A stretch of DNA of 64,000 nt from Patescibacteria group bacterium (GTDB taxonomy: Bacteria > Patescibacteriota > Microgenomatia > UBA10105 > UBA927). Shown in pieces: positions 1 to 9,587 of this stretch. Location: the NCBI GenBank assembly GCA_023379025.1, contig JAMCTH010000009.1, positions 133,092-197,091 of the forward strand, in the 5' to 3' direction. The notes beneath the pieces are model-generated. The model was not told the DNA's origin. It worked only from the letters and a program-made list of their open reading frames with translations, and searched no databases. Positions within the stretch are counted from its first letter, which is position 1; every line of letters starts with the position of its first letter. A program made the position numbers and the translations under genes.

Positions 1-74
1 TCAAAATCGACCGTCATGCGGTCCAAACCTATCTTCTGGAAAGGAAAAAGCAGCCGGAAAAAGCAGCGCATGGT

Positions 75-1031
75 TTGTCCGCAACAAAAGGCGATGCGCT
101 TGTTACCCTGCTCGGACGGGTGACCCATATACGCGAATCAGCAATTCATGACAACTCATTCCTCGTCCGTGACTTGGGATTTGATTCGTTAAAACGCGTG
201 GAGCTCGTGTCCCTCATCGAAGAAGAGTTTGACCGTGAAATCGACGAGACCGCCATAGGAAAAGATACGACAGTCACTGCGCTCCGACGCCTCATACATA
301 CAACCTCGGTAACACAATATCCCTATGACATAGATACCATTGCCGCCGCGCTCCGAAAACCATGGAACCAAACCCTGAGAGTTTTTCTTCAAAATACGGT
401 CTTGTTTCCGTTTTTACGGATTTTCGTTCGGATTACCGTGGAATCCGCCATAAATTTTTCCGACATTACCCTGCCTGTTGTATTCGTCGGAAACCACCCG
501 AATCCTCCGTACGACGCCGCCTGTTTATTTCAGGCGCTGCCGACAAGAATACGGCGTCGCCTGGTTGGTCCGGGAGATGATACGTACTGGAAAAATGTCT
601 TTGCCCTCTGGACACGGTATGTTTCCTCACCGCTCACCGGAGCGTATCCCATCGACAAACACGGCGGACCGGTAGCCAAAGCTCTTGACGTCACCGCTGA
701 TTTTCTGGACGACGGATACGCGGTATTTATCCTGCCTGAAGGCGCCCCGACCCCCAAAGGAGCCCTCCTCGGCCCGCTCAAAAGCGGCGTCGAAGTACTT
801 CTCTCGGGCACCAATATCCCTCTTATTCCGTACTTTGTCTCGGGAAATCTCGGCAAAACCTTCCCGCGGTATGAGGAAACCTTTCACCTTCTTCATTATG
901 TTCCGCATGGGATTTCCCATATCCGCCTTGCGGTCGGCAAACCCTTTACGCTCCGCGATGTCCGGGGACCCGGAGCACTTGCGCTGATACGGAAAAATAT
1001 CCTGGACCTTGCGCCTCCGGTTCAGCCGTGA
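75..1031 (+). CDS. Acyl-carrier-protein-like domain fused to lysophospholipid (PlsC-type) acyltransferase domain; frame is open back to nt 3, so the gene is probably 5'-truncated by the window edge
   Basis: N-terminal LGFDSLKRVELV (phosphopantetheine-attachment-type DSL motif); downstream GNHPNPPYD (HX4-5D acyltransferase motif I) and FILPEGAPTPKG (FPEGTR-like motif III); no stop codon between nt 3 and 75 in the same frame. Confidence 0.6.
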   Translation: MSATKGDALVTLLGRVTHIRESAIHDNSFLVRDLGFDSLKRVELVSLIEEEFDREIDETAIGKDTTVTALRRLIHTTSVTQYPYDIDTIAAALRKPWNQTLRVFLQNTVLFPFLRIFVRITVESAINFSDITLPVVFVGNHPNPPYDAACLFQALPTRIRRRLVGPGDDTYWKNVFALWTRYVSSPLTGAYPIDKHGGPVAKALDVTADFLDDGYAVFILPEGAPTPKGALLGPLKSGVEVLLSGTNIPLIPYFVSGNLGKTFPRYEETFHLLHYVPHGISHIRLAVGKPFTLRDVRGPGALALIRKNILDLAPPVQP

Positions 1032-1855
1032 TTCTCCAGAAAGGAAAGGAGTCTCGTGGCAAGCGGTCCCGGCATATCCGACGGTATGTAATGCTCTGCT
1101 GCAAGCGGGCAAAGTTCCGCTCCGGCGATATTGGTATAAAGCGCCGTTCCCTGAACGGCATTTATTGCGGCGTCACGGGTCCCGTAAATCAAAAGCGCCG
1201 GGACACAGAGCTTCTCAAGCCACGGACGAAAATCTTCCCGCAGGATATCATCAAAACACTTTGCATAACTTTTAGCCGGTAATCTGCGAAGCTCTTCCTG
1301 AAGTTTTATACTGTTTTCCAGGGCCCGCTCTCTTTTTTTTCTGTTCGGGAAAATAATGCGGGCCAATACGTCATGAAGTTCTGGCTGCGCGGCAATCCAC
1401 TCCGCTATCTCAAGTGTTTTCCGGCTGTGAAGCGCAAATTCCAGTGCAGAAAGCCAAAGAAGCGGAAGGCGTTTTGTATGATCGCGAAGCGGGGAAGATA
1501 CCATGACGAGCGCCCGGACGCTTTTTGGGTGCTCTCCCGCATACCGAAGCGCAATAAGCGACCCCAGTGAGTGTCCCACGATGACCGGTTTCTGGATATG
1601 AAAATAGCGGATAAGTTTGTAAAGAAACCGGTGATACGTATGGAGTGTATAGACGCGTCCGGATGCGTTATGTGAACCATAGAGCGGCAAATCGAACGCC
1701 CACACCCTGTGATGGCAAGCGCAACGTTTCAATACTTCCGACCACAGCGCACAACCGGAAGCAAGACCCGGAAGAAAAACGATGGGCTTTCCTCTCCCGT
1801 CCGTAATATAGGTTATAGTCCTCCCGTCCATACGGACGGATTGTTTTTTTACCAT
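1022..1855 (-). CDS. alpha/beta-fold hydrolase
   Basis: GHSLGS nucleophile-elbow motif, 277 aa, typical length and architecture. Confidence 0.7.
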   Translation of the reverse strand: MVKKQSVRMDGRTITYITDGRGKPIVFLPGLASGCALWSEVLKRCACHHRVWAFDLPLYGSHNASGRVYTLHTYHRFLYKLIRYFHIQKPVIVGHSLGSLIALRYAGEHPKSVRALVMVSSPLRDHTKRLPLLWLSALEFALHSRKTLEIAEWIAAQPELHDVLARIIFPNRKKRERALENSIKLQEELRRLPAKSYAKCFDDILREDFRPWLEKLCVPALLIYGTRDAAINAVQGTALYTNIAGAELCPLAAEHYIPSDMPGPLATRLLSFLENHG

Positions 1856-1909
1856 ATGACGTCTTCCTCTTCATGCTATCAAAGCGGAAAAGCAAAAAGA
1901 AGACCGCAG

Positions 1910-2560
1910 TCAGTCGCTGCTGCGGACGGCAAGTACTGTCCCCTTGTGCACGGTGACCCTGGCTTTCTTTCCGCTGAACTCATTACTGATGCCGAGAGTT
2001 GACGGACGGGTAACGTTGTGCTTTGCCACCTCATACCGAAAACCGCGCAGCGTTATGACAGCGGACCGGCTCAGCGGAAGAAACGAAATATACCGATAAC
2101 GGCCGGAACGCTCCAGTATCGCTTCCCGGGGAAGAAGAAAGAGTTCATTGTTCCCGTCCCGTATCCGAAGATCGGTAAACACCCGTCCCCATGTTTCCAG
2201 AAGATGTGCCGCCGCGAGACTATGGTCTACGCGTCCTCCGGTTACGCCCCACAGCGTTATCCGATCCGCAGGTATCTCCCGGACATAGCGGAGGGCCAGT
2301 TCCAGATCCGTCTGATCCTTCTTCCGGGGATAGGTGATAAGTTTCGGAATGTCCCGCCGGATGAGCGTCATTTCCTCCCGCGAAACCGAGTCAAAATCCC
2401 CAATAGCAACCGCGGCAACAATATGCCGCTTGAGAAGCCACGCCGCACCACGGTCTACACCGATAATCACCCGGCAAGCGGCAATATCCGGCAGAAACCC
2501 ATCTGATAAAGGTCCTCCCGCGACGATGGCGATCTGATTTTCTGTCTTCGTTATTTTCAT
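1910..2560 (-). CDS. thiN: thiamine pyrophosphokinase (likely start at MKITKTEN; ORF track extends to 2596)
   Basis: GDFDSV, TDLE and GGRVDH motifs characteristic of TPK catalytic domain. Confidence 0.75.
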   Translation of the reverse strand: MKITKTENQIAIVAGGPLSDGFLPDIAACRVIIGVDRGAAWLLKRHIVAAVAIGDFDSVSREEMTLIRRDIPKLITYPRKKDQTDLELALRYVREIPADRITLWGVTGGRVDHSLAAAHLLETWGRVFTDLRIRDGNNELFLLPREAILERSGRYRYISFLPLSRSAVITLRGFRYEVAKHNVTRPSTLGISNEFSGKKARVTVHKGTVLAVRSSD

Positions 2561-2571
2561 ACTCCTGTCAG

Positions 2572-3381
2572 TCAGCGCGCCAGGGAAACCGCCCATACAT
2601 GCCGGAAGCCGGCACGCTTGAGTGCACTGACTGCTGATCTCATGGTAGCACCGGTCGTAAACACATCATCAAATACAAAAAGATTAAGAGACTGAAAAAC
2701 CTGAAGGTTTGATGGGGTAGTAAAAACACCCCTCATGTTTTCCAACCTCTTTTTCCTGTCTTTCATCCCAACCTGCGGTGTCGTCTTTTGCATACGTTTC
2801 AACATGTCGGTACGCGTGTGAATGCGTAACTTTGCAGCAATGAGGTTTCCCAGTATTTCTGCCTGATTGAAACCCCGCTCACGGTATCGGGACGGATGAA
2901 GGGGGATGGGGACAAGCATCGCTTCACTATCACAGTGTTTCATTGCGGAAGATAACGATTGGGGCGGAATAAGTTCAATAAGTTCGCGGGCCAGGTCTGA
3001 AACCAGGCGATATTTAATGGCTTTAACGGCCTTTTTTATGACCCCAGTGTAGTGAAAAAAAGAAATGAGGCCGTCTACGGTGTAGCGGGTTTTACAAACA
3101 GGATGGGTCATGCCGTCAATCGCCGGCCGTTCACATATTGGGCAGATTGTTTCACTCCGCACAATGGGTTTCACGGTAGCGCAGCATCGGCCACAAATAT
3201 ATTGACCGATCCTGCCGCAGCCAACACACCGCCTCGGGAACAAATAATCAAGGATATTCACCACAAAACCTCTTTTTCGGTTCTGATAAAAATCCCGCAC
3301 CGGATGAAGAACCGCCTCAACGCAGGAGAGGCCTGCTTTGTGGAGATGCCGGGTAATGAGCCCGGGTCCGAAGAAATACAC
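2572..3381 (-). CDS. comF: ComF-family phosphoribosyltransferase-like competence protein (true start may be internal)
   Basis: N-terminal CxxC...CxxC zinc-finger pairs, FNQAE, and C-terminal FVFDDVFTTGAT PRTase motif. Confidence 0.75.
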   Translation of the reverse strand: MYFFGPGLITRHLHKAGLSCVEAVLHPVRDFYQNRKRGFVVNILDYLFPRRCVGCGRIGQYICGRCCATVKPIVRSETICPICERPAIDGMTHPVCKTRYTVDGLISFFHYTGVIKKAVKAIKYRLVSDLARELIELIPPQSLSSAMKHCDSEAMLVPIPLHPSRYRERGFNQAEILGNLIAAKLRIHTRTDMLKRMQKTTPQVGMKDRKKRLENMRGVFTTPSNLQVFQSLNLFVFDDVFTTGATMRSAVSALKRAGFRHVWAVSLAR

Positions 3382-3399
3382 GAGAAACGTCTACAAGCG

Positions 3400-3759
3400 T
3401 AGTCAGTCAACAGATGTCGTCTTTCCCTGATCCGGCTGACAGGAAAGGAAAGGCCAAGGCGTATTGATCGTGACCCTGCCGGAACGCCGAACCGGCAAAG
3501 CTGAACCCCGGCTCGATGTACACCTCATGGCGGCCACCGGAGAAGCCGGCCGTGAGATGGACGTTAGGCCCGAAGGTATTGTGCGTTCGCAAATGCCAAT
3601 CGTGCCTGCCGTCGCTCGAGAGCCAGCATTCTGAGTGCCAGTTCATCGAGCTCGCTAAGAGTAGACTTAGCAATTATGGTTGACAACAGTTTTACGGCTC
3701 GTTTGTCATCGCCGGCTTGCGGTTTTTAATGTACTTGCCTCGTCGAGTCGTACATCCCC
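3400..3759 (-). ncRNA. ssrA: candidate tmRNA (ssrA), 5' end at 3759 immediately downstream of smpB; 3' end not located
   Basis: Minus-strand sequence GGGGAUGUACGACUCGACGAGGCAAG closely resembles canonical tmRNA 5' ends (e.g. GGGGACGUUACGGAUUCGACAGGG); followed by UAAAAACCGCAAGCC similar to the pre-tag region of E. coli ssrA; ~390-nt gap with no convincing protein, position downstream of smpB. A canonical T-arm/ACCA 3' end was NOT found. Confidence 0.3.
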
Positions 3760-3791
3760 TTCGTGAACAGGTTTCACAACCTTGTCCTGAT

Positions 3792-4235
3792 CTACCTGAG
3801 TTTCCCCCTATATTCTCGCTGGATCTCGCGGTCCTGGTCCTCCCGCCGTTTTGCTTCTCGCTTTTCATACTGCTTTTTCCCGCGCGCGAGGCCGATTTCG
3901 AGTTTTATGAGAGGGCCCCTAGTATACCAGGCAAGCGGTATCAGGGTCAAACGGGATGTATCGAGCTTGTTTTTCAGCGCGATAAGCTCTTTTTTATGAA
4001 GAAGCAGCTTCCTGGTGCGCTTTGGATCGTATCCTTCGGGTCGTGCGTAAATATACGGAAAAATATGTGCGTTCACGAGGTATGCTTCTGAACCGATAAC
4101 ACGCACAAACGAACCGTCCAGCTTCGCATGGCCGGTTTTCAGCGATTTGACCTCCGGCCCCGTCAGCTGCACGCCCGCCTCAACATGTTCGAGAACCGTG
4201 TAATCAAATGTTGCTTTTTTGTTATAAATCTTCAT
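3792..4235 (-). CDS. smpB: SsrA-binding protein SmpB
   Basis: MKIYNKKATFDY...GPEVKSLK...KLLLHKKE, 147 aa, full-length SmpB signature. Confidence 0.9.
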   Translation of the reverse strand: MKIYNKKATFDYTVLEHVEAGVQLTGPEVKSLKTGHAKLDGSFVRVIGSEAYLVNAHIFPYIYARPEGYDPKRTRKLLLHKKELIALKNKLDTSRLTLIPLAWYTRGPLIKLEIGLARGKKQYEKREAKRREDQDREIQREYRGKLR

Positions 4236-4253
4236 ATGGCGGACAACTCACGG

Positions 4254-6089
4254 TTATTTCAGCGGAAACGAATATAGTTTGCCGTTTGCCAATAAGAAAA
4301 CCAGTTTGTTTGTTTCCGAAACCGCAAATTGCGACGGCTGCAGGCTTGCATCCCACTGATATTGTGCGACATATGTACCATCCTTGTCCATCACTACAAT
4401 GCGCTTATTATCACTGTCCAATACATAAACCCGTTGGGCCGCGTCAGACGTGTATACGGACAGCGTTGTCCCAAACGGAGGACTGACACCCTGGGGCACA
4501 AATGTATCCGGTTTTCCCTGTGTAAATCGCAATACCTGGCCCCCGCGGGTTCCAATCCAGACCGAACCGTCTATCGCCATCCCTGTTGCAGCCCGAAAGT
4601 CTGGGATGGTATCCGGATTGAGATACTCCCGAAGCTCGGAAAATCCCGTATCCGTTGCCACGTATTTCCATATTCTGCTTGCCCCGCTGTCCAGAAGGTA
4701 TATATTGCCGCCAAATGCGACTACAGCACTGATCGTTTCCCAATGAGCATCGTTTTTGATGAGTCCTTGCGTCCCGGGCGGTGACCGAAGAGAAAGGCTC
4801 CTGATGCCGTCTGAAACTAAAACAAAGACGGTGTCCCCGTGTATACCGATAAGACGCGACCCGACCAGAGACTCCCCTCCTCCGAGCACCTGACCGCTTT
4901 TCGTATCGACGGACACGGTAAATACCGTATTAGTGGTGGCATCGAGAAGCGCAAGCGTGTTTTGTTCCAGTGCAAAGGTACGTATCGTCGCGTTTTTTTT
5001 AAGAAGACTTGCATCATAAAAGACGGACGGCGCTACCCTGATAACCTGCATCGCCATGGTCAGGCTGTCGGTAATCTGCTGATACAGCCGGTGCAACGCT
5101 TTCCCGTCCTCTGTGCCGGCAGACACGGTCGCAACAACAGGCGTCAGGAGATCTTTTGCCGCATTGAGCCGTTCCCTCCCTTTCAGCGGATTCAGATCGA
5201 GCAGCGCGACGCCTTCGTCATAGGAATGCTGGGCTTCATTCACAACCTGCCGGACCGATGCCGTTCCTCCTGCAGAACCCGCCTCTTTCCGGATGCCCAG
5301 CACGATGCTCGCCACAAAGAGAAGAAACAAGATGCCGGTCACCAAAAGGAGGGGGGTATTGCGTGTTTCGGCAAACGCGCGCAGCCGATGAACCTGCCGC
5401 GTCACTCTCCTCATGCGGTGGGATGCAACGGTCTGCCGCATCGTTGCCCAGAAGCGGGCGGGCGGGCGGGCGGTGTAGTTCGTGCTCACGGCCTCGGACC
5501 GCACGCGGCCGGCAGCCGGTTCTTCCTCTACCGGCACCAGTCCTTTCACCTGAAATATAAGCGCCGCTCCCCCGTCAGCCCCCGCGGATCCATGCAGAAG
5601 CAGGGTCAGTTTCTCCGCCACTTCTTCCGAGGACAAATGATCAAACGCGCCGGCGAGCTCGTCTTTTGTCAAACCGCGTTCAAATCCCCGTGTTGCCAGA
5701 ATAAAGGTGTCCCCTTCTCGGACTTCTCCGGAAAGACCGGAGGCACGCTCAAGCAGGACGGATACCGCGCTGCCGCGTTTGCAATACACGCAGCCCTCCC
5801 CCGCCATCACAAGATACACGACATTGCCAACCGGTACCATGAGGATGAGTGACCGTATGACGGATTCCTTCATACGGACTGCCAGATGTTCAACGTCTGT
5901 CAGAGAGGTAAGGTGCCCCGCCGCCGCTTCAGATAGGGCACTGAGGATGCGGATACCGCGGTCGCGTGCATGACCCTCCGGGTCTTCAATCTCAATGGCA
6001 CCGTACAGCTGGGGACTCAGCAGGACCTGCCCCCAACGGGTATCACTGACCGCGCCGACCACCGAACCGGTAGAAGGTGTTATGCGCAT
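4254..6089 (-). CDS. membrane-anchored protein: N-terminal cytoplasmic PP2C-like (possibly degenerate) domain, one TM helix, C-terminal extracytoplasmic beta-propeller-like repeat domain
   Basis: GDTFILATRGF resembles PP2C DGLW-region; hydrophobic helix PLLLVTGILFLLFVASIVLGI; C-terminal repeated motifs (IYLLDSG, VYVLDSDN, VWIGT) typical of propeller blades. Confidence 0.5.
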   Translation of the reverse strand: MRITPSTGSVVGAVSDTRWGQVLLSPQLYGAIEIEDPEGHARDRGIRILSALSEAAAGHLTSLTDVEHLAVRMKESVIRSLILMVPVGNVVYLVMAGEGCVYCKRGSAVSVLLERASGLSGEVREGDTFILATRGFERGLTKDELAGAFDHLSSEEVAEKLTLLLHGSAGADGGAALIFQVKGLVPVEEEPAAGRVRSEAVSTNYTARPPARFWATMRQTVASHRMRRVTRQVHRLRAFAETRNTPLLLVTGILFLLFVASIVLGIRKEAGSAGGTASVRQVVNEAQHSYDEGVALLDLNPLKGRERLNAAKDLLTPVVATVSAGTEDGKALHRLYQQITDSLTMAMQVIRVAPSVFYDASLLKKNATIRTFALEQNTLALLDATTNTVFTVSVDTKSGQVLGGGESLVGSRLIGIHGDTVFVLVSDGIRSLSLRSPPGTQGLIKNDAHWETISAVVAFGGNIYLLDSGASRIWKYVATDTGFSELREYLNPDTIPDFRAATGMAIDGSVWIGTRGGQVLRFTQGKPDTFVPQGVSPPFGTTLSVYTSDAAQRVYVLDSDNKRIVVMDKDGTYVAQYQWDASLQPSQFAVSETNKLVFLLANGKLYSFPLK

Positions 6090-6145
6090 ACCTCCATCCT
6101 ATCATGCTCGCTTCTGCCATAGCCGTATGGATTCAAGGCCGGTCG

Positions 6146-6364
6146 TTAAATAAGGATAACCGTCAGAATAAACAGTGCGATCGAAGCGGATAAGTGGATA
6201 ATCGTCAAAAGTCGAAGAATAGGCTCTGACGTCTCCTCAAGAACCGAAGCCATGAGCTGCTCCTGCCGGACAATGACCGCGGCAAACACCGTATACACCC
6301 CAAGACCGATGAGGATCAGGATTTTGAGCGTGAGAAGCGTCGTCGCAGCGATGTCCGGCATCAC
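6146..6364 (-). CDS. small two-TM membrane protein, unknown function
   Basis: 72 aa, two hydrophobic helices, tightly packed between neighbours. Confidence 0.35.
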   Translation of the reverse strand: MMPDIAATTLLTLKILILIGLGVYTVFAAVIVRQEQLMASVLEETSEPILRLLTIIHLSASIALFILTVILI

Positions 6365-7056
6365 AGGCCGCCCCCTTCCCCCTGCTCAATCAGGGACCGG
6401 ATTGTCGCAACGATCTTTTCCGGTTGCGGAACTGCCTCAAACTCTATATTCGGAAGTTCTCCTGCGGTTTCTACCAGAATATTGCCGTAGTTAAAAACCG
6501 TTGCCGCAATCCCGCCGGTCGTGAACGATATATCCTGAATTTTTGTGAGTTCCGCTTCGGAAAATCGCTTAAACAATAAATAGTAAAAATCGATGTCCAC
6601 GATGCGTTCATCCGTTACGATATAAATATTGAAAAACCAGTGGAGAAAACTCGCCAGAATAAATCCGAAGGCGGCCAGATACCAGAACATGGTCCCGATA
6701 AGGACAAACCCTCCGGGTAAAACAATCGGAAGATGCACAAACCGGAACAACACCGGCAAAAGGATAACAGGGGCAATGAGCAACAGCAATGCGATCAGGA
6801 TCCAGGGTATATTGACCACCACATGCTGCCGGAGGAATAACACGACGGTCTCCTGCGCTTCCTGCGTTTCAAAATGAACGCCTTCCGGATTGACCGCGAA
6901 GCTGGTAAAAATCCTCATGGGAGAATGCTTGGTGCTATCCATGGCCGGAGATGTCCGGGAGGGATTCTGACGCGCTGGCATTTCGAACAAAGTCGGCATC
7001 CTCTGTACCATACTACAAAAAAGCCGTTTGGGCAACTTGACCGCCCTTTTTCCCAC
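6361..7056 (-). CDS. membrane protein with bacterial PH (bPH_2/YdbS-like) domain
   Basis: Two TM helices followed by IYIVTDERIVDIDF...ISFTTGG...GNILVETAG pattern of bPH_2 domains. Confidence 0.5.
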   Translation of the reverse strand: MGKRAVKLPKRLFCSMVQRMPTLFEMPARQNPSRTSPAMDSTKHSPMRIFTSFAVNPEGVHFETQEAQETVVLFLRQHVVVNIPWILIALLLLIAPVILLPVLFRFVHLPIVLPGGFVLIGTMFWYLAAFGFILASFLHWFFNIYIVTDERIVDIDFYYLLFKRFSEAELTKIQDISFTTGGIAATVFNYGNILVETAGELPNIEFEAVPQPEKIVATIRSLIEQGEGGGL

Positions 7057-7071
7057 CCGTCTTCCCGCCGG

Positions 7072-8799
7072 CTATTTGTATTCGATGTTAAAAAGGGGAC
7101 TCCGTATGGCAATGTACCCCGGCGCACGCAGGTTGAAGGCATCTTTGAATTCGTTGCCGGGAATATCTATCGGTCCTTTGTTCGTCATAAGGTGCACGGT
7201 GTCGGTGTATCCCCCGGAATTATACGTGACGGAAACCGAAAAAATGCCGGTAAACCCTCCGAGATCCCTGAGTTCTCCCATTGAATACGGATTGCCGCTG
7301 ACGCCGTTGATCGAGCAGCTGTTGATCGTTACCGGCAGAATACGGCCGGCATCCCCTTTGTTATAGTTCCGTACATACCAGGCGTTGACAATATCTGCAA
7401 ACTCCTCTCCGGTGAGCCATGGAGAGGACTTGCCGCAGGTATCCGAGGAGTTGCTGTAACTGCTCGTATACCACCCTTTATAAAACCAGGGGCTACCGGC
7501 GATTTTTTCGTAGGCATCGCCGGTCCAGCACCCCTGATTTCCGCATTTGGTATCCCACCCCGAGGTTGTGAGGTAGCCGCCGGTCGTTGACGAATAGTAA
7601 GCCGTTGCACACTCAACCACTTCGCCCCGTGTGGCGGTCACGGCATCATGCCATGCTCCGGGCGGACTATTTGCCTTCCCGTCGTTATAGACCTGGCAGG
7701 ATTCGGATGTGCAGATCGCCTGGCCGGAACTTTTATAACTCATCGCATAGGAACGTGCGGCGACCGCCTGTGCTTTCAGCGCATCGGACGGAAAACTTGC
7801 CGGCATTTCCGCAATGCCCATAAGATAACGGTTTTCAAAATCCATGGATCCGTACCCTGAAACATTGATATTGCCTCCTGTATCCTTGCTTGACACATCG
7901 CAGCCGTAGTATGCTTTCAGGATGTCGTGATAGTTCTGCCCGGATTCTGCCCTTCCTTTGGCCCCGTACTGACTCATCCCCTTCCGGTGGGTAAATGCCC
8001 CGAAAGAAAACCCTGCAAATGCCGGACTAAAACCCGGATTATAGTTCGGTGATGCATTCGGATCGTCAGCAAGCGGCACATCTCCGACACTTGTCGTAAA
8101 TGTACCAGACCGGGCATTTAATATTGCCTGCTGCTGCGCGGTCAGGCTCGCAATAATACCGGTCAGTTGTGTTTCATAGGCATTGGCCTCATCAACCAAC
8201 TTTTGCGCGGCGGCCGCCCGTTTATCCGTCTCTGCTTTTAAAACGGCAAGCGTTGCCTGTTCCGCTTCAAGTTCCTTTTTTTTCTGTTCCAGAACATTGA
8301 CGGCTACCGCCGTCTCCGCAATGGCGGTTTTATCCTCATTGATGACCGCCTGCTGATAGCCCATCACACGGAACATCGACCCGATGTCCGAAGAGGACAG
8401 GAGTGCTGAAAACGTATTATAGCTGAAACTGCGCATATAAAACTCCCGGATCCGGCGGCTTGCTACCGTCAGAAGTCCGCCCAATTGTTTTTCTCCCCGG
8501 GCAATTTCTACCGCCTTCTGCGCCACCTCCCCTTCGATTGCCTGGATGCGCGCCTGAAATGCCGCAATGTCCGCCTCCATCTTCTCGAGGGCGGCAACGT
8601 GCGGCTGCTTGGCTACCTCCATCTGATTCCATGCGTCCTTGCATTTGTCGATCTTTGCCTGCAGATCGCCTATGCTGAGTGCGGACATATTGGACGTATC
8701 GCAGGTCTGCGCAAAAACAGCAGGGGAGACCATAATCATACCGAACAAACAAACCAGCGTAACGACCAGTGTCCGAAGGTAAAATTTCATAGGAAACAC
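7072..8799 (-). CDS. secreted SpoIID/LytB-domain protein with long N-terminal coiled-coil region
   Basis: Signal peptide MKFYLRTLVVTLVCLFGMIMVSPAVFA; heptad-rich segment; C-terminal HRKGMSQYGAKGRAESGQNYHDILKAYYG (SpoIID/LytB signature). Confidence 0.6.
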   Translation of the reverse strand: MFPMKFYLRTLVVTLVCLFGMIMVSPAVFAQTCDTSNMSALSIGDLQAKIDKCKDAWNQMEVAKQPHVAALEKMEADIAAFQARIQAIEGEVAQKAVEIARGEKQLGGLLTVASRRIREFYMRSFSYNTFSALLSSSDIGSMFRVMGYQQAVINEDKTAIAETAVAVNVLEQKKKELEAEQATLAVLKAETDKRAAAAQKLVDEANAYETQLTGIIASLTAQQQAILNARSGTFTTSVGDVPLADDPNASPNYNPGFSPAFAGFSFGAFTHRKGMSQYGAKGRAESGQNYHDILKAYYGCDVSSKDTGGNINVSGYGSMDFENRYLMGIAEMPASFPSDALKAQAVAARSYAMSYKSSGQAICTSESCQVYNDGKANSPPGAWHDAVTATRGEVVECATAYYSSTTGGYLTTSGWDTKCGNQGCWTGDAYEKIAGSPWFYKGWYTSSYSNSSDTCGKSSPWLTGEEFADIVNAWYVRNYNKGDAGRILPVTINSCSINGVSGNPYSMGELRDLGGFTGIFSVSVTYNSGGYTDTVHLMTNKGPIDIPGNEFKDAFNLRAPGYIAIRSPLFNIEYK

Positions 8800-8882
8800 A
8801 TGGGCACTGTATATTTTACCATGGAGGGTAAGGCATCATTGCCGTTCTTTTCTTTTTTCCCCCGCTCTGTTAGACTTAGTAT

Positions 8883-9245
8883 ATGAAGCGCATCCCAACG
8901 GTCTTATTGGCTACTTTTGCCTTGTTTGAAGCTCCCCGTGTATACGCTCAGCAGCCGCAGATAAATATCAACGGATGTATCGATACCGCGCTCGGCTGTA
9001 TCAATCCCGATCCCGCATCCATTTTTACTAAATTTTTTGATGTAGGCATCGGACTAGCCGGCGGCATCGCATTTCTTCTCATTATTTTCGGGGGACTCCA
9101 GATCATGACCAGCACCGGAAACCCTGAAAAGCTCAACGAAGGGAGGGAACTTGTCGTATCGGCAATTGCAGGGCTTCTCCTCATCATCTTTTCCGTCTTT
9201 ATCCTTCGGCTCATCGGGGTAAATATTTTAGGTGTTTTCCGGTAA
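8883..9245 (+). CDS. pilin-like two-helix protein (VirB2/TrbC-like), paralog 1, with Sec-type signal peptide
   Basis: Signal peptide ending VYAQ/Q; two hydrophobic helices separated by MTSTGNPEKLNEGRE loop; shares architecture with seven paralogs. Confidence 0.5.
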   Translation: MKRIPTVLLATFALFEAPRVYAQQPQININGCIDTALGCINPDPASIFTKFFDVGIGLAGGIAFLLIIFGGLQIMTSTGNPEKLNEGRELVVSAIAGLLLIIFSVFILRLIGVNILGVFR

Positions 9246-9254
9246 AATACGAGT

Positions 9255-9575
9255 ATGCATACCCTGGCTCAGTCGCTCAACCTCCCCGGCGGACAAACCA
9301 TCACCGGACCGGTACCCTATACCGATATCGGGAGCGTTCTCAGTAAAGCTCTTCCGTATGTATTCGCATTTGCGGGATTCGGACTTCTTCTCATGATCGT
9401 TGCCGCAGGTATTACATTGATGACCAGCGCCGGAGATGCAAAAAAAATGGAGCAGGGAAAACAGCGCTTAACTTATGCACTGGTGGGCTTTTTCGTGATA
9501 TTTTTTTCATATTGGATTATGCTTCTTATCGGACGGATATTCGGCATCCAGGAAATCAATACTATTTTTCAGTAA
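9255..9575 (+). CDS. pilin-like two-helix protein, paralog 2
   Basis: MHTLAQSLN N-terminus (cf. paralog 6), helices flanking MTSAGDAKKMEQGKQ loop. Confidence 0.5.
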   Translation: MHTLAQSLNLPGGQTITGPVPYTDIGSVLSKALPYVFAFAGFGLLLMIVAAGITLMTSAGDAKKMEQGKQRLTYALVGFFVIFFSYWIMLLIGRIFGIQEINTIFQ

Positions 9576-9587
9576 ACACCTTGTCCC

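Noticed and set aside
3407-3673. 88-aa minus-strand ORF in the smpB-comF gap
   Set aside because: No motifs, atypical composition, and it lies entirely inside the candidate tmRNA region; more likely a non-coding open frame in GC-rich structured RNA.
4839-5852. 337-aa plus-strand ORF
   Set aside because: Fully antisense to the well-supported 611-aa membrane/propeller gene; Arg/Gly/His-rich low-complexity translation typical of a shadow ORF.
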